Assembly: GCA_964613845.1 (NCBI GenBank)
Contig: CAZTIZ010000001.1
Coordinates: 17,665-81,664, forward strand
DNA: 64,000 bases
Source: an uncultured Corynebacterium sp.
GTDB taxonomy: Bacteria > Actinomycetota > Actinomycetes > Mycobacteriales > Mycobacteriaceae
Direction: 5' to 3'
Shown in pieces: positions 11,755 through 19,928 of the stretch (positions are counted from its first letter, which is position 1; every line of letters begins with the position of its first letter). The notes beneath the pieces were generated by a model. That model was not told where the DNA came from. It made no database searches and saw nothing but the letters and a program-made list of their open reading frames with translations. Both the position numbers and the translations under genes were made by a program.

Positions 11755-12324
11755 TCAGGAGGTGTGTTCCACCAGCGGCAGGGTCACCCGGAGGATCGCG
11801 AAGGGCCGGGGGTCCCCGTCGAAGTGGAACTCCCGCAGCAGATCCGTGAATCCCAGCGAACGGTACAGCCCGAAGGCGTGGTTGCGTTCGCCGGGGACCT
11901 CCGGCGTCGAGAGCAGCGCCCGGGAGGCGGAGGTGTCATGCAGCAGGGCGGTGATCATCCGCCTACCTACGCCGTGCCCCTGGGCGGCGGGGAGGACATG
12001 GATCTCCGCGATCTCGAAATAGTCGCGCAGCAGGGCCTGCTCCCCGGCGTCGGGGCCGCCGCGCTCCCGGAGACCACGCCGGATCTGCCGGTCCCACCAA
12101 TAGTCGGGGGAACCCAGGTAGCCGTAGGCCAGTCCAATGATCCTGCCGTCCCTCATCGCACAGAGGGCGGCGAAGCCGGGCTGGGAGACCTCACGACGCC
12201 ACACGTCGATGCGGTTCTTCCGGATCGTCGGGTCATATTTCATCGCCTCAAGGTAGATGTCCACCAGCCGGGGGGTGGCCACGGCGAACTCATGGGAGGA
12301 CAAACGTCGAATCTCCACAGTCAC
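11755..12324 (-). CDS. GNAT family N-acetyltransferase
   Basis: Acetyl-CoA binding motif VLPAAQGHGVGRRMI and a GNAT-size protein of 189 aa. Confidence 0.75.
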   Translation of the reverse strand: MTVEIRRLSSHEFAVATPRLVDIYLEAMKYDPTIRKNRIDVWRREVSQPGFAALCAMRDGRIIGLAYGYLGSPDYWWDRQIRRGLRERGGPDAGEQALLRDYFEIAEIHVLPAAQGHGVGRRMITALLHDTSASRALLSTPEVPGERNHAFGLYRSLGFTDLLREFHFDGDPRPFAILRVTLPLVEHTS

Positions 12325-12442
12325 CCCACCATCGAATCACGAAGAGGGCGGCAGTGGGGGGAAGGCCACCGAAAACTATTGACCACCTCGAAAGCCCGTT
12401 CTATGATTCGGGGACCACGTGCGGTCGGCACAGGAGGGCCCG

Positions 12443-12883
12443 ATGGCAAAGATCAGCTCAGCCACGACCGGTTATTCCGCCGCGGAGGTCGCGCCGGGAA
12501 CGAAGCGCGCGGACTTCATCCTCAAGGCCCGGGCGCTCTTCGGGCGGGCGCGGCGGCATGCTGAGGCGGGGGAGTGGGAATTCGCGCTCGAGTCGTGCTA
12601 TCAGGCGGCGCTCCGGTGCGCAGGTGCCCGGATATCAGGTTCTCCGGTTCTCGCCCGCCGGCGGCGCCTCCCTACCGGGGCGTGGGACCGGCTCCGTCTG
12701 GTCGATGATGACGGGGAGCGGCGGGCGGCCGAGTTCGAACAGTATTCGCGTCTGCGCTCCCGGGTCTCCTCCGGCTTGGAGCCGGGGGTCGATCCCCGGA
12801 TCGTCACGCGTGTCATGCGGATGACCGAGGGATTTCTCGCAGAAGTGGAGCTGGAGGCGGGCTGGGGGAGTGCGGCCGCCTAG
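12443..12883 (+). CDS. SAV_6107-like degenerate HEPN-domain protein
   Basis: Small helical protein: KRADFILKARALFGRARRHAEAGEWEFALESCYQAALRCAGARI...AWDRL...RAAEFEQYSRLR. AGGAGG lies 5 nt upstream of ATG 12443. The family assignment is from memory of actinobacterial annotations. Confidence 0.6.
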   Translation: MAKISSATTGYSAAEVAPGTKRADFILKARALFGRARRHAEAGEWEFALESCYQAALRCAGARISGSPVLARRRRLPTGAWDRLRLVDDDGERRAAEFEQYSRLRSRVSSGLEPGVDPRIVTRVMRMTEGFLAEVELEAGWGSAAA

Positions 12884-12993
12884 CCGCTGTCACCCCGCTA
12901 TTCAGCCGGGCTGGTAATTCCGGGAACAATCCCGTTACTCTGGGCGTTAAACCTATGAAGTGAAAAAGCGCCCATCCAGATGCGGGAGGAACA

Positions 12994-13392
12994 GTGTCGC
13001 TTTCAGAGCAGGAGCAGCGAGCGCTCCGGGAGATTGAGCAGTCTCTCCTCGCTGACGACCCCAAGTTCGGGGCGTCAGTGTCGGGCGACAGCGGTTTCGG
13101 GGTTCCCGGCGCCGGTGGCATCACCCTGCGTGGGGTGGCCCTGGCGGTCGTGGGCCTGGTCATGCTTGTCGGTGGGGTGGTACTCGCACAGCAGAGCCTG
13201 TGGTTTGTGATCCTGAGTGTCGTGGGGTTCCTGGTCATGTTCGGGGCCGGTGTCTGGATGCTGAAGGGTGACGGTGATGCGTCCCCGTCCTCCCTCCGTA
13301 AGTCCGGGGCCGATCGTGCCCGCCGTGGTTCAGGTTCGCCCCGGGGCAGCAGGATGGAGGAGAATTTCCGTCGTCGGTTCGAGGGTCAGTAG
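12994..13392 (+). CDS. DUF3040 membrane protein
   Basis: MSLSEQEQRALREIEQSLLADDPKF is the hallmark DUF3040 N-terminus. Two TM helices follow. GTG 12994 is preceded by GGGAGGA. Confidence 0.8.
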   Translation: MSLSEQEQRALREIEQSLLADDPKFGASVSGDSGFGVPGAGGITLRGVALAVVGLVMLVGGVVLAQQSLWFVILSVVGFLVMFGAGVWMLKGDGDASPSSLRKSGADRARRGSGSPRGSRMEENFRRRFEGQ

Positions 13393-13415
13393 TTAGTTAC
13401 TGAGCGCCCCGAGCA

Positions 13416-13456
13416 AGGGTCCTGACATCCGGTGGATGTCGGGACCCTTTGTGGTT
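13416..13456 (+). terminator. rho-independent terminator after the DUF3040 gene
   Basis: 15-bp stem AGGGTCCTGACATCC-GGT-GGATGTCGGGACCCT (one G-U pair) followed by TTTGTGGTT. Confidence 0.8.
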
Positions 13457-13649
13457 CCGTCTTTACACTGTGGTCTAGCTGTCAGGATTCTGCCTTGTAA
13501 CTGCAGGTTAACTGGTAAAATCGGGACGTCTGTGGGCGGGGATGGTCGGAGGGGAATTGCTGTAACTGACGGTGTCAGTGCGACCTTTGTGGCTGAAGTG
13601 ACGCGAAAGGAGCCCCTTTGAGGGGCGCCCCGTTGCCCTCCCCTCCGAT

Positions 13650-13677
13650 TTGAACTCTTGTGACCAGCAATTATGAT
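13650..13677 (+). promoter_or_regulatory. sigma-A type promoter candidate for mraZ/dcw (Pmra)
   Basis: TTGAAC (13650-13655), a 16-nt spacer, then TATGAT (13672-13677) followed by GG. It lies about 165 nt upstream of the mraZ ATG. Confidence 0.5.
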
Positions 13678-13715
13678 GGTAGGGATATCGAATATGGGGC
13701 GGCTTGCTAGTAGCG

Positions 13716-13741
13716 GTGGGGCGGGGTGGGGTATTGTGGGG
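13716..13741 (+). promoter_or_regulatory. predicted MraZ operator: three GTGGGG direct repeats phased at exactly 10 bp
   Basis: GTGGGG starts at 13716, 13726 and 13736, downstream of the promoter candidate and 100 nt upstream of mraZ. Confidence 0.6.
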
Positions 13742-13841
13742 CCCAGCGGTGGCAAGGGTCCGTTCAGTGACTGGCCCAAGTCATGGCAAGGAAGAAAACT
13801 GAACTGAACCGGTGGCGTCGGGTCCAGGAGGGTGATCCGGG

Positions 13842-14276
13842 ATGTTTCTCGGAACTTACACTCCGACACTCGACGACAAGGGAAGGTTGACTCTTCCGGC
13901 GAAATTCCGTGAGAAATTCGCCGGAGGGTTGATGGTCACGAAGGGGCAGGACCACAGTCTTGCGGTCTATCCCCGGGAGGAGTTCATGGCCCGTGCGCTT
14001 AAGGCGGCGGCCGTGTCCCGGACCAGTCCGACGGCCCGCGCCTTCATCCGGCATCTGGCAGCAGGTGCGGATGAACAGCGGCTCGACGCGAGTGGTCGCA
14101 TCATCTTGTCGGCCTCCCACCGTGAGTACGCGGGCCTGACCAGGCACTGCGTGGTCATCGGGTCAGTGGATTTCCTTGAAATCTGGGACTCCGGGTCCTG
14201 GGCCGCTTATCAGAAGGAAACGGAGGCCGTTTATTCGGCGGCCGACGCAGACGACGTCCTCGGCGGACTACTCTGA
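13842..14276 (+). CDS. mraZ: transcriptional regulator MraZ
   Basis: [23 protein letters not shown]... shows the duplicated SpoVT-AbrB/MraZ motif (DxxGR twice). AGGAGG lies upstream. Confidence 0.95.
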   Translation: MFLGTYTPTLDDKGRLTLPAKFREKFAGGLMVTKGQDHSLAVYPREEFMARALKAAAVSRTSPTARAFIRHLAAGADEQRLDASGRIILSASHREYAGLTRHCVVIGSVDFLEIWDSGSWAAYQKETEAVYSAADADDVLGGLL

Positions 14277-14457
14277 CCCTTCCCGGCCCCGGCCGGGAGA
14301 CCGGTCAGGTGGGGCGCGTGTAAGGACCCTGTTCGAGGTGATGCTCTGGTGTACTTCCCCGACATCAGATGAACACATCGGACAGGGCCCTGTACGCACC
14401 CCACCCGGCCGGAGGGCGGGACGGGAGGCGTGGAGGCAGGAGAGGGGCGAAGCCACC

Positions 14458-15501
14458 ATGACCGATAAGAGCGGCACCACGGCCACCGGGCTGAACTACG
14501 ACATCGACGCCAATCACGGCCATGTCCCCGTCCTCCGTGACCGGGTCACGGAACTCATCGCCCCCCCGGTCACCACGCTGGGTGACCGGGCGATCATCGT
14601 CGATGCGACGCTGGGGGCCGGCGGGCACACCGAACACTTCCTCACGGTCTTCCCTGAGGCACGTGTCATCGGCGTCGACCGGGATCCCCGGGCGCTGGCC
14701 GACGCCACCGCGCGGCTCGCCCGTTTCGGTGATCGCTTCGTGGGGGTCCAGACCCGTTTCGACGGCGTCGCCGAGGCCATCGACGATAATGACGGGGAGA
14801 TTTTCGAGCTGGCCCGCACCCACGGTGTGGCGGGCGCGCTGTTCGACCTCGGTGTCTCCTCCATGCAGCTTGACCAGGTGGACCGTGGTTTCGCCTACCG
14901 TACTGACGCCCCCCTGGACATGCGGATGGATCCCACCCGCGGCGTCACCGCCGCCGAGGTCCTCAACACCTACGGACACGGTGAGCTCGCCCGCATACTC
15001 AAGACCTACGGCGATGAACGCTTCGCGGGCAAGATCGCCTCCGCGGTCCTGCGGGAGCGGGAGAAGGCGCCGTTCACCACCTCCGCCCGACTGGTGGAAC
15101 TGCTCTACGCGGCCATTCCCGCCGCCACCCGCCGTACCGGCGGCCATCCCGCCAAGCGCACCTTCCAGGCCCTGCGTATCGAGGTCAACGCCGAACTCGA
15201 GTCCCTGGAGAACGTGATCCCCCTGATCGCTGACCGGCTGGCCGTCGGCGGCCGCGCCGTGTTCATGAGCTACCAGTCGCTCGAGGACCGCATCGTCAAG
15301 GCGGCCTTTGCGGAGATGACGGCCTCGAAGACCCCGCCCGGCCTGCCGATCGATCTGCCGGGTACCGCCCCCAAGTTCAGCACGGTCACCCGTGGTGCGG
15401 AAAAGGCCACCGCAGCCGAGATCGAGGAGAATCCCCGCGCTGCCCCGGTGCGGGTCCGTGCCCTCGAAAGGCTCCCCGAGCCTGAGGGGACGCAGCTGTG
15501 A
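14458..15501 (+). CDS. rsmH: 16S rRNA (cytosine1402-N4)-methyltransferase
   Basis: HVPVL...DATLGAGGH...DRD...[10 protein letters not shown] motifs. ATG 14458 is chosen; the track ORF start at 14176 overlaps mraZ. Confidence 0.92.
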   Translation: MTDKSGTTATGLNYDIDANHGHVPVLRDRVTELIAPPVTTLGDRAIIVDATLGAGGHTEHFLTVFPEARVIGVDRDPRALADATARLARFGDRFVGVQTRFDGVAEAIDDNDGEIFELARTHGVAGALFDLGVSSMQLDQVDRGFAYRTDAPLDMRMDPTRGVTAAEVLNTYGHGELARILKTYGDERFAGKIASAVLREREKAPFTTSARLVELLYAAIPAATRRTGGHPAKRTFQALRIEVNAELESLENVIPLIADRLAVGGRAVFMSYQSLEDRIVKAAFAEMTASKTPPGLPIDLPGTAPKFSTVTRGAEKATAAEIEENPRAAPVRVRALERLPEPEGTQL

Positions 15502-16313
15502 CCCCGCGAACATCCCCGCCTCCCTCCCGAGCCAGAACCTCAGCCCGCACCACCCATGACCGGAAGGGGCAAGCCACCATGGGCAGCAGCCGTGACTCCA
15601 CCGCCGTGCTTGACCGACGGGGCCTCGCCCGCCCCGGGGGTGGGCCGTCCACCAGGAGGCCGGAACGCTCCCGCGACCTGCATCTTCCGGGCCCCAACAG
15701 ACGTAAGAACTTCCAGCGCAGCCTCGGTTCACAGCAGGTGGTCTCGGTTCGTGGTCGCCGGGTCTCCCCGGCCCGGCGAACGACCCTGTGGGCCAAGCTC
15801 GCCGCAGTTGCTTTCGGCATGCTGATCCTCGGCGTGGCACTGGCGATGTCGCTCTCGGGAGTGTCCACCCAGCAGGCTTTCCAGATCCAGCAGATGTCCT
15901 CGCAGGAACGACAGCTGTCCAACCAGCTGGAGACACTCAACCGCGACCTGGAGAACGTCAGCTCCTCCGCCGAGATCGTCCGGCGCGCCATCGACATGGG
16001 GATGGCTGTGCCCACGCAGCCGGGCATCCTCGAGGTGAGGGGGGACGGGGAGATCGTGGAGGAGCGGTCCGCCGATCCCGCGACCCGCCCGATCCTCGAC
16101 GTGAACGGCCAACCCATCCGGCCCGGCCAGCCCTCCAGTGACCCGGCTGCCATCGAGGAACTTGGTGACAGCCTGGAATCGCTCCCGCAGGGGCGACAGC
16201 TTCCGCCGACGAGCCCTGCGCCGGGGGTCGCCCCCTACACCCCGAGTGTCCCGGCGGTGCCTGCCGCCTCCGTGAATGCGATGGGTGAGCAGGGCGGTGA
16301 GAACGGGCAGTGA
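15498..16313 (+). CDS. ftsL: cell division protein FtsL-like (single TM plus coiled coil, disordered N- and C-termini)
   Basis: It sits between rsmH and ftsI. TM segment [23 protein letters not shown] is followed by the heptad-like [26 protein letters not shown]. The start is uncertain (GTG 15498 overlapping the rsmH stop, or ATG 15576). Confidence 0.75.
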   Translation: MTPRTSPPPSRARTSARTTHDRKGQATMGSSRDSTAVLDRRGLARPGGGPSTRRPERSRDLHLPGPNRRKNFQRSLGSQQVVSVRGRRVSPARRTTLWAKLAAVAFGMLILGVALAMSLSGVSTQQAFQIQQMSSQERQLSNQLETLNRDLENVSSSAEIVRRAIDMGMAVPTQPGILEVRGDGEIVEERSADPATRPILDVNGQPIRPGQPSSDPAAIEELGDSLESLPQGRQLPPTSPAPGVAPYTPSVPAVPAASVNAMGEQGGENGQ

Positions 16314-18373
16314 CTCCATCCGGTCCCCCAGGAGGAGGGGCGGGGCGAGGTTACTCGTCCCGCCGTTCGCCGTCCGCGGCACCACGCAGGCAACCTGCCC
16401 GCGGGGAACGTGCCACCAGTCGTCGCCAGCAGCGGGTGGAGGCACACCCCGCGCCTGCCGCTTCCGTGCCGGAGCATAAGAAGCCTGCCCAACAGTCGGT
16501 CACTGGCGGTCGCCTCCGGCTGATCATCACGGTTTTCGTGGTGCTCTCCCTCGTGCTCGTTGGACGTCTGGCCTGGGTGCAGGTCGTGTGGGGACCTGAC
16601 CTGGCAGCTCAGGCGCAGGAACAGCGTGCCCGCATCTACGTCGATCCGGCGCGTCGTGGTGAGATCATCGATCGGGAGGGAAATCAGCTCGCCTACACGA
16701 TGCAGGCCCGTAGCCTGACCATCTCGCCGATACGGATGCGGCAGGAGCTGCGGGAACAGGAGGATCTCGCCATGAGGATGGCGGGTGAGCAGGACGGGAT
16801 CAGTGAGGAACAGATCGCCGGGGAGCTCGATGACCGGGTATCGGCGGTCTTGGAGACCATGTCCACGGAGATCCCCGGCATGATCGAGGATGCTGGCGCC
16901 GCCTCCTTCTCGGTTGAGCCGGAGCAGATCCTCGATAAACTCACTGCCGATACTCATTACGAGGTGCTGGTGCGCAACGTCGATCCGGATGTGGCCGCCG
17001 AGATCGCCGCCGCATTCCACGGCGTCGCGGCGGACCACCAGGACATCCGCCAGTATCCCAACGGTGCCATCGGTGAGAACATCATCGGTCGTGTGTCGAT
17101 GGATGGTGAGGGGCAGTTCGGCCTGGAGGCCTCCGCAGACTCCCTGCTCTCCGGTATCAACGGCCGTTCCACCGAGGACGTCTCCACGGATGGCCAGGCC
17201 ATCCCCGGGACGGTTCGTGACACCGTCCCCGCTGTCGACGGCTCCCAGATCGAGCTGACCCTGGATCTTGACCTGCAGACCTACGTTCAGCAGCTGCTGG
17301 AGCAGGCGAAGACCAACTCGGGGGCGAAGTCCGTGGAGGCCGTGGTCCTGGATGTCGCCACCGGTGACGTGCTGGCCATGGCCAACACCGGCACCATCGA
17401 TCCCAACGGTGACATCGCCGCCCAACTTGAGCGGGGCAAGGACTTCGAGAACCAGCCGATCTCGCACCCCTTCGAGCCGGGGTCGGTGGCCAAGATCATC
17501 ACCGCCGCCGCCACCCTCGAAGAAGGACTCACCACCCCGGATGAGGTGCTGCAGGTGCCGGGTTCCATCGACATGGCGGGGGTGACCGTCCGGGACGCAT
17601 GGGCACACGACGTCCTGCCCTACACCACCACCGGTGTCTTCGGGAAGTCCTCGAACGTTGGCACGCTGATGCTGGCGGACCGCCTCGGAGAGGAGAAGTT
17701 CGCGGAGTACCTCGACCGGTTCGGCATTGGCCGACCCACCGGCGTTGAACTGCCCAACGAGTCGGCGGGTCTGCTGCCGCCGTTGGAGCAGTGGTCCGGC
17801 GGCACCTTCGCCAACCTGCCGATCGGTCAGGGAATGAGCTGGACGACCCTGCAGATGGCGAGTGTCTACCAGGCCCTGGCCAACGACGGCGAACGCATCG
17901 AGCCCCGGATCATCGAGCGGGTCACCGCCGCCGACGGCACCGTCCGGGAGGAGGGCGAACCCCAGCGGACCCAGGTCGTGAGCCCGGAGGCCGCACAGGC
18001 GACCATCGACATGTTCCGTGCGGTGACCCAGAGCGATCCGACCGGGGTGCAGTCCGGCACCGCCCCCGGGGGTGCGATCGAGGGCTACCAGACCTCCGGA
18101 AAGACCGGCACCGCCCAGAAGGTCGACCCGGACACCGGTGCCTACTCCAACAACAGCTACTGGGTCACCTTCGCCGGGGTGGCGCCGGCGGACGACCCCC
18201 GTTTCGTGGTCGCGATCATGGTGGATGATCCGGAGCGCGGTGTCGAGGAAGGCGGGGCAGGAGGGCAGTCCGCCGCGCCGTTGTACCGCGATATCTCCTC
18301 CTGGCTGCTCAACCGCGATAATATTCCGCCGTCCCAGCTCATGGAGGGTCAGCTGATCCTCCAGGCCCACTGA
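16310..18373 (+). CDS. ftsI: class B penicillin-binding protein / peptidoglycan D,D-transpeptidase FtsI
   Basis: Class B PBP-sized protein of 687 aa with an N-terminal Arg/Pro-rich region, a TM segment (LRLIITVFVVLSLVLVGRLAWV) and the transpeptidase motif SGKTGT. It occupies the canonical dcw position. GTGA overlap with the ftsL stop. Confidence 0.9.
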   Translation: MTPSGPPGGGAGRGYSSRRSPSAAPRRQPARGERATSRRQQRVEAHPAPAASVPEHKKPAQQSVTGGRLRLIITVFVVLSLVLVGRLAWVQVVWGPDLAAQAQEQRARIYVDPARRGEIIDREGNQLAYTMQARSLTISPIRMRQELREQEDLAMRMAGEQDGISEEQIAGELDDRVSAVLETMSTEIPGMIEDAGAASFSVEPEQILDKLTADTHYEVLVRNVDPDVAAEIAAAFHGVAADHQDIRQYPNGAIGENIIGRVSMDGEGQFGLEASADSLLSGINGRSTEDVSTDGQAIPGTVRDTVPAVDGSQIELTLDLDLQTYVQQLLEQAKTNSGAKSVEAVVLDVATGDVLAMANTGTIDPNGDIAAQLERGKDFENQPISHPFEPGSVAKIITAAATLEEGLTTPDEVLQVPGSIDMAGVTVRDAWAHDVLPYTTTGVFGKSSNVGTLMLADRLGEEKFAEYLDRFGIGRPTGVELPNESAGLLPPLEQWSGGTFANLPIGQGMSWTTLQMASVYQALANDGERIEPRIIERVTAADGTVREEGEPQRTQVVSPEAAQATIDMFRAVTQSDPTGVQSGTAPGGAIEGYQTSGKTGTAQKVDPDTGAYSNNSYWVTFAGVAPADDPRFVVAIMVDDPERGVEEGGAGGQSAAPLYRDISSWLLNRDNIPPSQLMEGQLILQAH

Positions 18374-18398
18374 CCACCCACCTGGAGGATTGCAGCCC

Positions 18399-19928
18399 AT
18401 GGCACCCACTATCTCTGAACTCGCGGACCTGGCGGGCGCCCGTCGAAGCCCGGCCGACGGTGATGCGCCCGATCTCACCGTCACCTCGGTGAGCATCGAC
18501 TCCACGTCGATGGAGGATAGCGGCGTCCTCTTCGCCGCCGTTCCCGGTACCCAGACCCACGGGGCGGGATTCGCGGCTGGGTCACCCGCCATTGCGATCC
18601 TCACCGATGAGGCAGGGTCGGAGATCCTCCGGGATGCGGGGGAGACCCGCCCCGTCCTCGTCGTCGATGATGTCCGGGCGGTGCTCGGACCCGTCGCCGC
18701 GGAGGTCCACGGACACCCCTCACGTGCGCTGACCGTCATCGGTGTGACCGGAACCTCCGGTAAGACCACCACGAGTCATCTGTTGGAGGCAGGACTGATC
18801 GCCGCCGGGCACCCGGTCGGACTGATCGGCACGACCGGCACCCGGATCAACGGCCGTGCCGTCCCCACCGCCCTCACTACGCCGGAGGCCACCACCCTGC
18901 AGATGCTCTTCAGCAGGATGCTGGCGGAGGGGGTGACCCACGTCGTCATGGAGGTCTCCTCCCACGCGCTGGAGCTCGGCAGAGTCAACGGGACGGTCTT
19001 CGACGCCGCCGGTTTCACCAACCTCTCCCAGGACCACCTGGACTTCCACCCCACGATGGAGGATTACTTCGCCGCCAAGGCGCTGTTCTTCCGCCCAGAC
19101 TCGCCGGTCGCGGCCAGGCACAGGGTGGTGTGCGTGGACGACGACTGGGGATGCCGGATGGCGGAACTCGCCGGTGACCCGGTCACCGTTTCCACCGGTG
19201 GCGGCCGGGAGGCCACAGTCCGGGCCCGGCAGGTCAGCAGGGACGCAGCCGGCGTCCAGCAGCTGCACATCGAGCTTCCCGGCCATGAGATCCGGGCGAC
19301 CCTACCGCTGCCCGGTGACTTCAACATCGCCAACGCCGCCCTGGCCACCGGACTGGCCTGGGCCGTCGGCGTGGATATCGAGGCCTTCGTCCATGGTTTC
19401 CCGGACGTGGCCGTTCCCGGCCGCATGGAGGCCATCGACGCGGGACAGGACTTCCTGGCGGTCGTCGACTACGCACACAAGCCCGCGGCTGTGGCAGCGG
19501 TGCTCGACACCCTGCGGAGCCAGATCACCGGCAGGCTCGGCGTCATCGTCGGTGCCGGCGGTGACCGGGACGCCTCCAAACGCCCGCTCATGGGGGCCGA
19601 GGCAGCCCAGCGAGCCGACCTGGTGATTGTCACCGACGACAACCCCCGCAGTGAGGTTCCCGCCACGATCCGCGCAGCGGTCATGCAGGGTGCCACCGAC
19701 ACCGCCGCCCGGACCGGCGCGGAGATCCGGGAGATCGGTGACCGCGCCACCGCCATCGATGAGCTCGTCGCCTGGGCCCGATCCGGGGACGGTATCGTGG
19801 TCGCGGGTAAGGGGCATGAGGTCGGGCAGCTCATCGCGGGCGTCGACCATCATTTCGACGACCGCGAAGAGGTCCGTCGGGCGTTGGCTGACCATGGACA
19901 CCAGGGCAACCGGAAGGACCAGGCATGA
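18399..19928 (+). CDS. murE: UDP-N-acetylmuramoyl-L-alanyl-D-glutamate--2,6-diaminopimelate ligase
   Basis: Mur ligase P-loop GVTGTSGKTTT and the DNPR motif (VTDDNPRSE) typical of mDAP-adding MurE. ATG 18399 with GGAGGA upstream is preferred to track TTG 18390. Confidence 0.92.
   Translation: MAPTISELADLAGARRSPADGDAPDLTVTSVSIDSTSMEDSGVLFAAVPGTQTHGAGFAAGSPAIAILTDEAGSEILRDAGETRPVLVVDDVRAVLGPVAAEVHGHPSRALTVIGVTGTSGKTTTSHLLEAGLIAAGHPVGLIGTTGTRINGRAVPTALTTPEATTLQMLFSRMLAEGVTHVVMEVSSHALELGRVNGTVFDAAGFTNLSQDHLDFHPTMEDYFAAKALFFRPDSPVAARHRVVCVDDDWGCRMAELAGDPVTVSTGGGREATVRARQVSRDAAGVQQLHIELPGHEIRATLPLPGDFNIANAALATGLAWAVGVDIEAFVHGFPDVAVPGRMEAIDAGQDFLAVVDYAHKPAAVAAVLDTLRSQITGRLGVIVGAGGDRDASKRPLMGAEAAQRADLVIVTDDNPRSEVPATIRAAVMQGATDTAARTGAEIREIGDRATAIDELVAWARSGDGIVVAGKGHEVGQLIAGVDHHFDDREEVRRALADHGHQGNRKDQA

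Noticed and set aside
12443-12883. The HEPN-like protein as a toxin or defence (HEPN/MNT-type) element.
   Set aside because: I find no R-X4-6-H RNase motif. There is no adjacent nucleotidyltransferase or antitoxin-like gene and no mobile-element context. The locus is conserved core (dcw upstream region).
13393-14147. Track ORFs inside the mraZ control region or opposite mraZ (13436..13621 +, 13393..13869 -, 13764..14147 -).
   Set aside because: None has an SD. Their translations are Pro/Gly/Arg-rich or interrupted by the terminator and operator repeats. The region is better explained as promoter, operator and leader.
14176-14457. A 94-codon N-terminal extension of rsmH overlapping the 3' end of mraZ.
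   Set aside because: The extension is Arg/Pro/Gly-rich and non-conserved in character. The canonical RsmH N-terminus (HVPVL about 25 aa from the start) fits ATG 14458.
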